Shown: positions 40,535 to 50,783, counted from the stretch's first letter. The stretch: 64,000 nucleotides of DNA from Alistipes sp. (GCA_045654385.1 JAZONG010000114.1:6651-70650); one strand, 5' to 3'. A program made the numbers and translations. The notes: generated from the sequence alone by a model not told the origin.

Positions 40535-41773
40535 ATGAAACGATTTTCTTACATCATAATCACACTGCTTACCGCTTCGGCGGTAGTATCGTGCTCGTCA
40601 AAGGAGGCGAAGAAGCCCCACGAGCCACACATCGTATTTGGCATCAACGCCGACAACCACACTCTCGAACGCAAGACGGTCGAGAAGGGTGAGTCGTGGA
40701 GCAAGATTCTCGGCAGTTACGGTATCGGCACGCAGAAACTCCTGCGCCTCGACCAACTGACCAAGAACATCTGTCCTTTGCGAAACATTCGTGCCGGCAG
40801 CCACTACACCACATTCACACAGCAGGATTCAACCTCGGTACGCCTCGACTACCTCGTTTATGAAAAGACGCTTATCGACTATGTCGTATTCGCCTTTGTC
40901 GGCGACTCAATATCGGTACGAGAGGGACAGCGAGAGGTGGAGATTAAACGCCGAAAGAGCACAGCCACAATCAACTCGTCGCTTTGGGGTGCTATTATGG
41001 AGGCTAAACTCCCCTACTCACTCGCCTCGGAGATGGAGGATATATACCAGTGGACGGTCGATTTCTTCGCTATTCAGCAGGGCGATAGTTTTACCGTAGT
41101 CTATGATGAGAAGTTTATCGACACCCTCTCGGTAGGTATTGGTCGTGTTTGGGGCGCAAAATTTACCCATCGTGGCAAAGATATATACGCCATACCTTTC
41201 GAGCAAAACGGCAAGTTGCAGTATTGGGAGGCTGACGGAGGATCTCTGCGCAAGCAACTCTTGAAGGCACCTCTCAAATTTACCCGTATCTCCTCGAAGT
41301 TCTCGCACGCACGATTACACCCTGTAACACGCAAGGTGCGACCTCACCACGGTGTCGATTATGCTGCACCTATGGGCACACCTGTTCGTGCCGTTGCAGA
41401 TGGTGTGGTAACCGTTAAGACTCGTAAAAAAGCGGATGGAAACATCCTTAAAATCAAGCACCCCGGCAACCTCTCATCGGGTTATCTCCACTTGAAGGGC
41501 TTTGCCAAGGGTATAAATGTCGGCTCACGAGTATCGCAAGGTCAGATTATCGGTTATGTCGGTAGCACAGGCTACTCTACCGGTCCACACCTCGACTTCC
41601 GCTTATGGAAGGGTTCAACACCTATCAACCCTTTGAATGTTCCACAAAAGCCTGCCGAGCCAATCGCAAAAAACAATCGTGAGAAGTTTGACAAGGTAAA
41701 GGAGCGAGTTATGGCCGAGTTGAATGGCGAAGTGCCTGATTCGATGAAGGTAACAAACCTCGAAATACTCTAA
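40535..41773 (+). CDS. M23 family peptidoglycan DD-endopeptidase (MepM-like)
   Basis: HHGVDY, YLHL and STGPHLDF motifs. Start placed at MKRF with a lipoprotein-like signal. Confidence 0.92.
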   Translation: MKRFSYIIITLLTASAVVSCSSKEAKKPHEPHIVFGINADNHTLERKTVEKGESWSKILGSYGIGTQKLLRLDQLTKNICPLRNIRAGSHYTTFTQQDSTSVRLDYLVYEKTLIDYVVFAFVGDSISVREGQREVEIKRRKSTATINSSLWGAIMEAKLPYSLASEMEDIYQWTVDFFAIQQGDSFTVVYDEKFIDTLSVGIGRVWGAKFTHRGKDIYAIPFEQNGKLQYWEADGGSLRKQLLKAPLKFTRISSKFSHARLHPVTRKVRPHHGVDYAAPMGTPVRAVADGVVTVKTRKKADGNILKIKHPGNLSSGYLHLKGFAKGINVGSRVSQGQIIGYVGSTGYSTGPHLDFRLWKGSTPINPLNVPQKPAEPIAKNNREKFDKVKERVMAELNGEVPDSMKVTNLEIL

Positions 41774-41779
41774 GAGAGA

Positions 41780-42196
41780 ATGGTCGATAAGCGCATCATA
41801 GATTTCATAAAGCGACATCACGTGCTCACTCTCGCTACCGTATCGGGCTGCGGTGAGCCGTATTGTGCAGCCTGCTTTTACGCCTACGACAAGGAGCGCA
41901 ACCGCCTGATTTTTACATCGGACAACGCTACCCGTCACGCACAAGAGATGTTGCAGAATGAGAAGGTTGCCATCGGCATAACACTCGAAACACGCATAGT
42001 CGGCAAGGTGCAAGGTGCTCAGATTTGCGGCACAGCCAAGCGAGGCGACGACCAGGATAAAGCGCTCTACATAAAGCGCTTCCCTTATACTGCCGTTGCA
42101 CCATTGAACATCTGGGCAGTCGAACCATCGTTTATAAAATTGACCGACAACACACTCGGTTTTGGTAAGAAATTGATATGGAACAGCCAAGAGTAG
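41780..42196 (+). CDS. Pyridoxamine 5'-phosphate oxidase-like protein (YhbP/UPF0306-like)
   Basis: HHVLTLAT, PYCAACFY, TRH and KLTDNTLGFGKK motifs. Confidence 0.82.
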   Translation: MVDKRIIDFIKRHHVLTLATVSGCGEPYCAACFYAYDKERNRLIFTSDNATRHAQEMLQNEKVAIGITLETRIVGKVQGAQICGTAKRGDDQDKALYIKRFPYTAVAPLNIWAVEPSFIKLTDNTLGFGKKLIWNSQE

Positions 42197-42870
42197 GAGT
42201 CATCATCGTTGCCGGAGGTAGTGGCAAGCGAATGGGAGGAGCGCTCCCAAAGCAGTTCGCCTTAGTAGGCGGAGAGCCTATCCTTGCACGCACCATAAAC
42301 GCCTTCCGCAAAGCTTTACCTACATCACGCATCGTAGTAGTATTGCCGGCAGAATATATCGAGTTTTGGAAGAATCTCTCGGCTCGTTTCGAGGTAGCTA
42401 AGCACTCCCTTGTCGAGGGTGGTGCAGAGCGCTTTCACTCGGTAAAGAATGGCATTGAGGCATTGAGTGATGCCGTAGATTTGATCGCCGTACAAGATGG
42501 TGTTCGCCCATTCGCATCGAAGGAGTTAATCCTCCGCACAGTGGCGTGTGCAGCCGAAAATGGCGCTGCCATACCTGTGGTAAAGGCGGTGGACTCATAT
42601 CGTGTAGTCGAGGGCGAGGAGTCGCACATCATCGACCGCACCCCGCTCCGCATAGTTCAGACTCCGCAGATATTCTCGGCAGCAATTCTGCGTGCGGCTT
42701 ACGACACTCCATTCCGAAAGGAGTTCACCGATGATGCATCGGTCGTAGAGTACTCGGGCGAGAAGATTACCCTTTGCGAAGGCGAGTACAACAACTTTAA
42801 GATAACCACCCCGAACGATATGATTCTGGGTGAGGCAATAGCAAAAGAGAAGGATGGAAAAGCTATATAA
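42178..42870 (+). CDS. ispD: 2-C-methyl-D-erythritol 4-phosphate cytidylyltransferase
   Basis: AGGSGKRMG..PKQF, DGVRP, QTPQ, TDDASV and KITTP motifs. Confidence 0.95.
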   Translation: MEQPRVGVIIVAGGSGKRMGGALPKQFALVGGEPILARTINAFRKALPTSRIVVVLPAEYIEFWKNLSARFEVAKHSLVEGGAERFHSVKNGIEALSDAVDLIAVQDGVRPFASKELILRTVACAAENGAAIPVVKAVDSYRVVEGEESHIIDRTPLRIVQTPQIFSAAILRAAYDTPFRKEFTDDASVVEYSGEKITLCEGEYNNFKITTPNDMILGEAIAKEKDGKAI

Positions 42871-43375
42871 ATATCGTCTTGGCAACCGAGTAACATACTC
42901 GTCGGCGCTATACATCACAGCCTTTGCGGGACTATCCGTCCTCTTCGCCTTTATCTACGAGGGCGGATATATCTCGGCGTGGTTTATCTCGCTTATTTTG
43001 GCGGTATTGGCACTGATGGTACTCTCCATTCCTCGCCGTGTGGTAGTTGATGAGGAGGGTATCGAAATTCAGTGCATAGCCGAAGATACAACCCTTCTGC
43101 ACAGCGACATCGCCCATATCCGCAAGGTCGAGAAGCGAGAGATGAATGGTTGTATTCCGATATTTGGTGCGGTGGGATTTTTCGGTCACTATGGTCGTTT
43201 CCTAAACCTCCAAACTATGGAATTTATTCACATCTATGCCTCACGCTGGGGCAAGTTTGTGGAGATTACCGACAAGGATGGTAACAAGTACTACATCTCG
43301 TGCGAACAGCGTGATGATATTATACAACTTGTCGAGGGTTACATCAAACCGCACGACACACGAGAGAATATATAA
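42854..43375 (+). CDS. Membrane protein with bacterial PH-like domain
   Basis: Two TM helices followed by IFGAVGFFGHYG.F. Confidence 0.75.
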   Translation: MEKLYKYRLGNRVTYSSALYITAFAGLSVLFAFIYEGGYISAWFISLILAVLALMVLSIPRRVVVDEEGIEIQCIAEDTTLLHSDIAHIRKVEKREMNGCIPIFGAVGFFGHYGRFLNLQTMEFIHIYASRWGKFVEITDKDGNKYYISCEQRDDIIQLVEGYIKPHDTRENI

Positions 43376-43403
43376 AAAGGAGTTGAGAATCTCAACTCCT
43401 TTT
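43375..43403. terminator. Bidirectional terminator
   Basis: aaaaggagttgag-aat-ctcaactcctttt. Confidence 0.9.
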
Positions 43404-43406
43404 TCT

Positions 43407-45818
43407 TTATCGGCCATTCTCGACAACCAGGCTCTGCAACTTTTCGTTAAACTCCGTTGCATCGAGCAACGCTTCGAGTGGCAGATGCATTCGATAGCGC
43501 CAATAGTGGCGAGGATTTGCCGGCACATTGATACGCTCACGCTCAACATCCTCGCTACGCAGCTCCGCCGAGAGCGATAACCAATCTTGCAGCGGCAAGA
43601 TGGTGAGCATTGAAGGCGATGCGAGGTGGCGTGCAACAATCTTCTCGCACAACTCTGCCGTTGCCTCATCTGGCGCTTTACCCTCCAAGCCAAGCACCAT
43701 CTTATAGTAGTACTCCTGCTCCGCCTCGTCACGCCACCACAAGCGCAATGGAGACATATCGTGTGTAGAGGTCGAACATACCGAGAGATACGGATTAGCC
43801 AACACATCACCCACATCCACACCATACGCCTTTGGCATACGCTCGATTTCGAGCGACAGTATCTGCTCCTCACGCATAACCTGCGGCACACACTTCGGAA
43901 TCATACCCAAATCCTCACCACACGCCAACATCGAGGTCGAGGTGGTAAGTTCCGCCAATCGCTCCGCTCCCGTCATACCCCAGAAGGCGTTATGGCGGTA
44001 ATAGTAGAAGTTATCGTGCAGGCGCACAAACGCCTCCTGCTGCAACTTTGACAACGCCTCAAATCGCTCGGTTGCAAAAGGCGAAATTCTCGGCACAAAG
44101 CCCTCGCCCGATGCCAACCAAAGCACATTGTCATCACTATAATCCTTTGCCACATCACTCTCATCGAACTCATAGCCCGCCGAGCGAATCTCCTCAACCG
44201 TATATGGCAACGATGGCGAGAAAGCACCAAGGAGCGCATTTTTAGCACCCTGCGGCACTGCCCAGATGCGGAAAAATCCGAGAATATGGTCTATACGATA
44301 GGCGTCGAAGTAGTCGGCCATCTTGGCAAAGCGAGCACGCCACCAAGCATAGTCATCCTCCTTCATCTTCTCCCAATTATAGAGTGGGAAGCCCCAATTT
44401 TGCCCCTCAACCGCAAAGTCATCTGGTGGTGCTCCTGCCGAAGATGTGCGAACAAAGAGCTCAGGATTTTGCCACACATCGACACTTGTAGGCGACACAC
44501 CGATAGGAATATCACCCTTCAATACCACACCTCGTGAGTGGAGATAATCACGCACCTTACGCAACTGACGGTCAAGGTGATACTGCATATAGTAGTAGAA
44601 GCCAACCTCCTTCTCGTTGCGCTCGGCAAAGGCGGAACAACGCTTCTCGGCATACTTTGTAAAGGTCTTCCACTCCTCGAAATTTGCTGTTCCATATGTA
44701 TCACGCAACACCGAGAACACCGCATACGGCATCAGCCAACTACGATTGCGCTTCTCGAAATCACGGAACGACTTACTATCCATACAGCGAGAGCCAAGTT
44801 GCTCGTACAACTTGCGCAGATACTTAATCTTCGCCTTTATGACACGCTCATAATCCATCTCCGGCAGAGCATTCAACTCCTCCTGCAACGACGCCATCTC
44901 GGCTCTATCCTCCTCACCACGCAGATAGCCCACATCGCTCAAACGGATGTAGAGAGGATGCAAAGCAAATGATGAAACGGTATTATAAGGATATGAGTCC
45001 GCCCAGGTCATCGACATTGAGGTGTCGTTTATAGGCAAAATCTGAATTACACGCTGTCCTGTTGCGTGGCACCAATCGCCCAGCAGTTGAAGGTCTGCAA
45101 ACTCGCCCACGCCAAAACTCTGCTCCGAGCGCAATGAGAAGACCGGAACAGCAACTCCTGCACCTCTCCACTGCACCGCATCACGCAGGCGTAAGCCGAG
45201 TGTAAGGTGCAACTTATCGGCCGAATGGAGGGTGCGATTTGCTCCCTGCTCCCAGCGAATAAACTCGCCCTCCGGTGTTGTTATCACAAACTTATACTCT
45301 GCGTATGCGTGCGCACTTACGGCTACGCCCCAACGATAGTTGCCGAGATAGGTCATCGGCAACGCCTTTGCACTCTGCCACTCGCCCAACTCCTTGTAAG
45401 AGCCGACAAGAGCAAGATGCTCGGTCGGAAGGAGTGCCGCCTCGACCTCGACATAGTGAGTTGCACCCACAAGCGATGGCTGATGCGATGCCTCACGAGC
45501 AAATATCACCGAACGGAACATCGAGGAGTTGAGTGGTTTCGAGAGAGGTGCATCACACCAATGGTCCATCACCTCAACAGCCGGCACACCGGCAATCTCT
45601 GTAAGAGAGTGCCCCTCGCCCCACTCCTCACGGAGAGTTCGCCTACCCTCCACCACACGATAGCGGTAGTGATAAGGACGATCGGAGTGAAGTTCTATAT
45701 TAACGCCCCAATATCCGCCCTCCTCGTGCCGCATATCGATAGGCTTGCCCTCAACGGGCACAATCTGCAATTTTGCACCCTCGGGTGCACAATAATGAAG
45801 TTTTAAGGTTGCTTTCAT
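43407..45818 (-). CDS. malQ: 4-alpha-glucanotransferase (GH77, DPE2-like, with CBM20-like N-terminus)
   Basis: PVFSLRS, QILPINDT, KGDIPIG, GAPPD, YRIDHILGFFR, GEDLG and STHD motifs. Confidence 0.95.
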   Translation of the reverse strand: MKATLKLHYCAPEGAKLQIVPVEGKPIDMRHEEGGYWGVNIELHSDRPYHYRYRVVEGRRTLREEWGEGHSLTEIAGVPAVEVMDHWCDAPLSKPLNSSMFRSVIFAREASHQPSLVGATHYVEVEAALLPTEHLALVGSYKELGEWQSAKALPMTYLGNYRWGVAVSAHAYAEYKFVITTPEGEFIRWEQGANRTLHSADKLHLTLGLRLRDAVQWRGAGVAVPVFSLRSEQSFGVGEFADLQLLGDWCHATGQRVIQILPINDTSMSMTWADSYPYNTVSSFALHPLYIRLSDVGYLRGEEDRAEMASLQEELNALPEMDYERVIKAKIKYLRKLYEQLGSRCMDSKSFRDFEKRNRSWLMPYAVFSVLRDTYGTANFEEWKTFTKYAEKRCSAFAERNEKEVGFYYYMQYHLDRQLRKVRDYLHSRGVVLKGDIPIGVSPTSVDVWQNPELFVRTSSAGAPPDDFAVEGQNWGFPLYNWEKMKEDDYAWWRARFAKMADYFDAYRIDHILGFFRIWAVPQGAKNALLGAFSPSLPYTVEEIRSAGYEFDESDVAKDYSDDNVLWLASGEGFVPRISPFATERFEALSKLQQEAFVRLHDNFYYYRHNAFWGMTGAERLAELTTSTSMLACGEDLGMIPKCVPQVMREEQILSLEIERMPKAYGVDVGDVLANPYLSVCSTSTHDMSPLRLWWRDEAEQEYYYKMVLGLEGKAPDEATAELCEKIVARHLASPSMLTILPLQDWLSLSAELRSEDVERERINVPANPRHYWRYRMHLPLEALLDATEFNEKLQSLVVENGR

Positions 45819-45857
45819 ATATCAAATTTATGCAAAATTTTCGATATTTGCAACTTT

Positions 45858-46451
45858 TCATCGCCTTTTTATGCGTTTTGGTAGTTCAATATATTCTGCG
45901 TAAACAATGTGCGAGTGGGGATTTGACGAAACAATCTCTTGGCGTATGGCCTTTGTGCCGTAGCGCACAAACAGAAAGCGATGAGGTACTCGGTGAACGA
46001 TTTGGTGTAGTGTATCTACACTCTCGACCCTGCACTCAACCTCCTCGCCACGAATTATGCCCTCGACCTTCACCCACTCATCACGCCACCTGAACAGCGA
46101 CAGCGTATCACGAACAAGCACCGTATCGGTACGAGGGGCAACAAACTCCACCTTACTCTCTGTGGCCGAGCGAGCGACACTCTCCACCCATCTTAGTTGC
46201 AGTCCAAGAGCCTTTATCTGCTTCGCATCACGGGAGTGTTGCTCCTTGTACTCTTTGAGTTGGAGTTGCATCGCCACAACCGAAGCGGCAGAGTCGTCGC
46301 AGCGTGTTTTGTAGAGTTTTGTTTCGGAGGTGAGTGCCTCGTTATTGTTGCGAAGCCTTAATACCTCGCTGTGCGAATGGCGTAGAACAGCCACGCACAC
46401 GATGAGCAGCAGTGTTGCCCCCATCGCATAGATGAGTAGAATTTTTTTCAT
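45858..46451 (-). CDS. Membrane-anchored coiled-coil protein (resembles DUF6549-type proteins)
   Basis: N-terminal TM, coiled coil, then D.W, RVPHRFLF and SSNPHS motifs. Family recognised from memory only. Confidence 0.65.
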   Translation of the reverse strand: MKKILLIYAMGATLLLIVCVAVLRHSHSEVLRLRNNNEALTSETKLYKTRCDDSAASVVAMQLQLKEYKEQHSRDAKQIKALGLQLRWVESVARSATESKVEFVAPRTDTVLVRDTLSLFRWRDEWVKVEGIIRGEEVECRVESVDTLHQIVHRVPHRFLFVRYGTKAIRQEIVSSNPHSHIVYAEYIELPKRIKRR

Positions 46452-46453
46452 AT

Positions 46454-46500
46454 ACAAAAGGGATTTTGGTGCAAATATAACACGCCAAAACCCCTTTTGT
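46454..46500 (-). terminator. Hairpin at the end of the murB-tilS-holA operon, enclosing a -7 promoter element
   Basis: acaaaaggg.ttttgg...ccaaaa.cccttttgt with TATATTTG (minus strand) in the loop. Confidence 0.55.
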
Positions 46501-46525
46501 CAATATATATTTTTTAGAAAGATTG

Positions 46526-47239
46526 CTACTCCTCTTTTGCAATATACGAGGCAAGCAGTATTGCCGTCAAATCCATATAGTAGTGGCTCTCCCAACTATC
46601 AATGGCAGTAATACCTCTACAATCGACAAACAACAACTCCTTAACCCTGCCCAACTCCGAGAGCATAAGCGGAGCCTTCGCAACTCGCTTATAGTGCTTG
46701 GTTGCCACTCCATACAGCAGCTCGAACTCTACACCGCTGCCACACTCGGAAAATCTGATTTCATCCTCGAATACTGCAACTACGGGAGCACCATCAATAG
46801 CCACCACTTCATCCTGCTCGGTTACCCACATTGTCAAAGTGTTCGGATTGTCGAGGTTTCGGCTTCTGGCAAATTGCAACTCCATCACAGCATCCTTCAC
46901 CGAACTGTTTTCAAGCAGCAACGACCCCTTGGCAACACGCTCCACAACACCGATAGTCGGGCGTATGGCTCGTACCGAAAAGTGGTTGTACAATATATCT
47001 CCCGTAACAATTTTCACATCCCCATCCGCATTGTAGCACACCTTTACCAGATGAGCCATATCCTTCGAATAGCCCTCATTGCGCAAAGTTTCGGCAATCT
47101 CCGCTCTTAATCTCTGGCTATCAAGTCCAAGCGGGGTTGCAAATAGACGGTGAGCCAACGCTTCGAGGTGAGCGTAGTGCTCCTCGAAGTGTAGCGGTTG
47201 AAAACCTTTGGTGCGGATATATTCGTAAATGTAAGCCAT
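46526..47239 (-). CDS. Divergent class IV aminotransferase/PabC-like protein
   Basis: N-terminal YEYIR...LHFEEH..HL and C-terminal ELLFVD..GI.AI fit the fold-type IV pattern. Confidence 0.6.
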   Translation of the reverse strand: MAYIYEYIRTKGFQPLHFEEHYAHLEALAHRLFATPLGLDSQRLRAEIAETLRNEGYSKDMAHLVKVCYNADGDVKIVTGDILYNHFSVRAIRPTIGVVERVAKGSLLLENSSVKDAVMELQFARSRNLDNPNTLTMWVTEQDEVVAIDGAPVVAVFEDEIRFSECGSGVEFELLYGVATKHYKRVAKAPLMLSELGRVKELLFVDCRGITAIDSWESHYYMDLTAILLASYIAKEE

Positions 47240-47242
47240 CCT

Positions 47243-48307
47243 CTACATCATAATTTTCAGGATAAACTCACGCAGCAACTCGCCATTCGAAGCGCCACCA
47301 TCATCAATACCCTTGCTCTTGGCATCATACTCGGCACAGAGTCCGAGAATTTGGAACACCTTGGAGTTTGGCCACATCGGTGCACGACGAGATATATCCT
47401 TCAAGAAGTACGGATTATTGAGTCGCATTGCACGACACATCTCGCTCTGGTCAGGCATTGCCACACCTCTGCGGCGTGAATCCCAACTTATATAATTATA
47501 GGTAAAGAGTTGTCGGAACGAGTCGTACAGCACCTTCACGGTCAGCAACAGCGGATAGGCCTTCGGATTTTCGCCCATATATTGAGCAATGGTAAGTGCC
47601 TTTTCGAGTTGGCGGTCGAGTATGGCATTACTCAACTCGTAGTTGTTGAATTGGCGAGAGATACCGATATGGTTCTCTATATCCTCCGGCGTGATTGTAG
47701 TGCGATCCTTTGGCAACGACACAATCATCTTTTCGAGTTCGTTACTTATTTTCGAAATATCGACTCCAAGGTGTGCAACCAAAATTTTACCACTTGCCGA
47801 GTCAAGTTTCAGCCCCTTGGTCGCAGCAAATCCCGAAATCCACTTTTCCGCCTCGTAATCTCGTGGCGATATGGAGTCGAATACCACACCCTTCGCCTTG
47901 ATACTCTTATAGAGAGGTGTTCGGCGATCCATAGCCTTACCCTTGTGACACAAAACAAGAATGGTCGAAGGCTGTGGCGATGCAGTATAGCCATTCAATA
48001 GCTCTATCTTGTCGAGTTGTTGTGCCTCCTTCACGATAATAGCCTCATACTCGCCCATCATTGGCAACTGACGGCAGTAACTTGCAACCGTACCACCATC
48101 GGTATCGTTACCATAGACCACAATCTGGTTAAAGGAGCGCATCTCCTCCGCCATAATGCCTTCGGTCAGGGCATCGCACAATGCATCGATAAAGTACAAC
48201 TCCTCGCCCTGCAACAGGTAGATTGGAGCGAACTTTCGAGCCTTAATATCGCCCATCAAACGACGGAACTCTGCTTCGCACGATGCAAATGAAACCTTCT
48301 CTGCCAT
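47243..48307 (-). CDS. holA: DNA polymerase III subunit delta
   Basis: PIYLLQGEE.YFID, FN..V.YG, LPMM, IVKEAQ, NELEK and IGIS motifs. Confidence 0.93.
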   Translation of the reverse strand: MAEKVSFASCEAEFRRLMGDIKARKFAPIYLLQGEELYFIDALCDALTEGIMAEEMRSFNQIVVYGNDTDGGTVASYCRQLPMMGEYEAIIVKEAQQLDKIELLNGYTASPQPSTILVLCHKGKAMDRRTPLYKSIKAKGVVFDSISPRDYEAEKWISGFAATKGLKLDSASGKILVAHLGVDISKISNELEKMIVSLPKDRTTITPEDIENHIGISRQFNNYELSNAILDRQLEKALTIAQYMGENPKAYPLLLTVKVLYDSFRQLFTYNYISWDSRRRGVAMPDQSEMCRAMRLNNPYFLKDISRRAPMWPNSKVFQILGLCAEYDAKSKGIDDGGASNGELLREFILKIMM

Positions 48308-48314
48308 ATAGTCG

Positions 48315-49667
48315 TTAAATCGTATATTTCGTAATTTTCAAGATACTCTCGGTGTTTGCGCCTATTCTGTATCGCTCATCTGTACGACGGCCTACAACCC
48401 AGACAATATCCTCGCCCGAAACGAGTACAAACTGTCGCTTACGCTCCACGATAGGCACTTTGTGGTCGGTGAGATAGTCGCCCACCTTCTTACGACCCGC
48501 CATACCAAACGGAATAAAGGTATCACCCTCACGCCAGCGACGCAATCGAAGCGGATATTGCAACTTCGACTCATCAAGCAGCGCCACATCGGCAGGCAAC
48601 TGATACTCGCTGACATTGTCAATATCGGTATGTTCGTAGTAGAGCACCGAATTACCGCAGTAACTGCGCATATCATCACGCTCGACTACCACCTCGCAGT
48701 CATCCTCCTCCACGATCGGAGCAACCAAGATGTTACCTCTGTCGAGGTATGCCACATAATCACGAGAGTAGAAGCGACGGTCGGTAACACCTCGCTTCAA
48801 TGCCTTATTCAACTCCTCCACCACATCGCCCTTAAAGCCATAGGTCGAGTTCAAAAGTTCGTAGATAACAAAATCACGAGGATACATCGCATCAATAGCC
48901 GACACCTCGATTGTATCGACTCCGTTCTCGCTATGCACGGCAGCCTCACGAATGCGGTCTATTGCCACATCGATAAATCGCTGTGCATCGCTCAAACGAT
49001 AGAGATTACCTCGCATCAGCGGAGTAAATCGAGAATTTATCTCCTGCAACATCGGTAACAAACCGAGTCTTATTTTGTTACGCAAGTACTTAGTCGAACG
49101 GTTCGACGAATCCTCACGATATGGGATGTTGTTATGCACAGCATACTCCAAAATATCCTTGCGAGTAGCATAGAGCAGGGGTCTTACTACTCTACCATAT
49201 TGGCGATTTATACCGGTCAGGCCTCGCAAACCTGTACCACGAAGCAAGTTTATAAAGAATGTTTCGATTGAATCATTGGCGTGATGAGCCACCGCAATTA
49301 CAGCATACCCCTCGCTTTGACACAACTCGTAGAACCACTCATAGCGCTGACGGCGAGCCGTCATCTCCATAGAATCGCCCGTGCGAGCCATCTCACCCTC
49401 GGTATCGAAGCGCTTGCTGTGGCATACTACGCCCAACTTCTCGCACTCGCTCTGCACCATCTCCGTATCGGCATCGCTCTCCTCTCCTCGCAGTCCGAAA
49501 TTGCAGTGCGCCACGCCGACATTATAGCCAAGTCGTACAAAGATTGAGAGCATAACCATCGAATCCACTCCACCCGATACGGTGAGCAGAATTTTATCTT
49601 CGTGCGAGAATAACTCGTGTCGCTCGACATATTTTTCAAATGCCTTTAATAACGCTTCGGTCTGCAT
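48315..49667 (-). CDS. tilS: tRNA(Ile)-lysidine synthetase
   Basis: SGGVDS, AHHAND..ET, RPLL and DSSN...Y.RN motifs; TilS C-terminal domain. Confidence 0.96.
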   Translation of the reverse strand: MQTEALLKAFEKYVERHELFSHEDKILLTVSGGVDSMVMLSIFVRLGYNVGVAHCNFGLRGEESDADTEMVQSECEKLGVVCHSKRFDTEGEMARTGDSMEMTARRQRYEWFYELCQSEGYAVIAVAHHANDSIETFFINLLRGTGLRGLTGINRQYGRVVRPLLYATRKDILEYAVHNNIPYREDSSNRSTKYLRNKIRLGLLPMLQEINSRFTPLMRGNLYRLSDAQRFIDVAIDRIREAAVHSENGVDTIEVSAIDAMYPRDFVIYELLNSTYGFKGDVVEELNKALKRGVTDRRFYSRDYVAYLDRGNILVAPIVEEDDCEVVVERDDMRSYCGNSVLYYEHTDIDNVSEYQLPADVALLDESKLQYPLRLRRWREGDTFIPFGMAGRKKVGDYLTDHKVPIVERKRQFVLVSGEDIVWVVGRRTDERYRIGANTESILKITKYTI

Positions 49668-49677
49668 AAATCACTCC

Positions 49678-50688
49678 TTATAACACATTAACCTCGGGCG
49701 ATATTTCGATACCGAACTTCTCGTGTACCTTCGCTACCACCTTGTGGGCAAAGGCAATAACCTCGCCACCCGTAGCACCTCCGAGATTTACCAAGACCAA
49801 TGCCTGACGCTCGTGAACACCGACATTACCCTCCTTGTAGCCCTTCAAGCCAGCCTTATCTATAAGCCAACCTGCGGCAAGTTTCACCTTGCCCTCCTCT
49901 TGTGTCGGATATGACGGCATATCGGGATACTCCGCACGCAACGCCTCTGCAACCTCGCCATCTACGATAGGGTTTTTGAAGAAGCTTCCGGCATTACCCA
50001 ACACGGCTGTATCAGGTAACTTCGAGCGACGAATTGAGCATATTGCATCTCGGATATTTGCCAATGTAGCACCGCCACGAGCCTCGACCTCACGCACCAC
50101 ATCGCCATAACCAAGTCGAGGATTTGGGCTCTTTGACAGCTCTATTTCGATAGCGGTAATCACCACTCTACCCTTCAACGAGTGCTTAAATACGCTCTCA
50201 CGATAGCCAAAATCGCAATGCTCGGCTGCAAGGGTGATGAAATTTCCACCCTCCACGAAGTACATCTCGACATTGCGGATAACATCCTTAACCTCCACTC
50301 CGTATGCGCCTATATTCTGTACGGGAGCAGCACCCGCCTTACCCGGAATAAGCGAGAGGTTTTCGACACCCCACAACTCGTGCTCGACAGCCCAAGCCAC
50401 CAAGTCATCCCACTCAACGCCTGCGCCAACCTTTACTCGCACCTTATCGCCCTCGTAAGCAACCACCTCTATGCGGTCGTCGCAAGGGGTAACGAGTAAC
50501 GACTCTACATCCTCGGTAAAAAGTACATTGTTGCCACCGCTGAGTACATACCAATCGGTCGTGCCATACTTGGCAAAGAGTTCCGGCAACTCCTCCGCAC
50601 GGTCAAATTCGACAAGGCGCTTGGCCACTTGTCGCACGTGAAATGAGTTGCGAGAGGTAATATCAATATCTTCGTAAAAGCGTATCAT
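49678..50688 (-). CDS. murB: UDP-N-acetylenolpyruvoylglucosamine reductase
   Basis: ENLSLIPG..GAAPVQNIGAYG, GYRES.FK, GNAGSFFKNP and EVN motifs. Confidence 0.96.
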   Translation of the reverse strand: MIRFYEDIDITSRNSFHVRQVAKRLVEFDRAEELPELFAKYGTTDWYVLSGGNNVLFTEDVESLLVTPCDDRIEVVAYEGDKVRVKVGAGVEWDDLVAWAVEHELWGVENLSLIPGKAGAAPVQNIGAYGVEVKDVIRNVEMYFVEGGNFITLAAEHCDFGYRESVFKHSLKGRVVITAIEIELSKSPNPRLGYGDVVREVEARGGATLANIRDAICSIRRSKLPDTAVLGNAGSFFKNPIVDGEVAEALRAEYPDMPSYPTQEEGKVKLAAGWLIDKAGLKGYKEGNVGVHERQALVLVNLGGATGGEVIAFAHKVVAKVHEKFGIEISPEVNVL

Positions 50689-50757
50689 AGTGCAAATATA
50701 ATAAAAAGACGAGAGATTTTTTATTCTTGAATAAAAAAGTTCACTACAAAAACAAAA

Positions 50758-50783
50758 AAGAGTGGAGGAAAATCTCCACTCTT
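50758..50783 (-). terminator. Terminator after the FKBP genes
   Basis: aagagtggag-loop-ctccactctt, followed by a T-run on the minus strand. Confidence 0.85.

Noticed and set aside
46454-46500. Invertible (phase-variable) promoter
   Set aside because: The inverted repeats enclose only about 11-15 bp and no recombinase gene is nearby; a hairpin is the simpler explanation.
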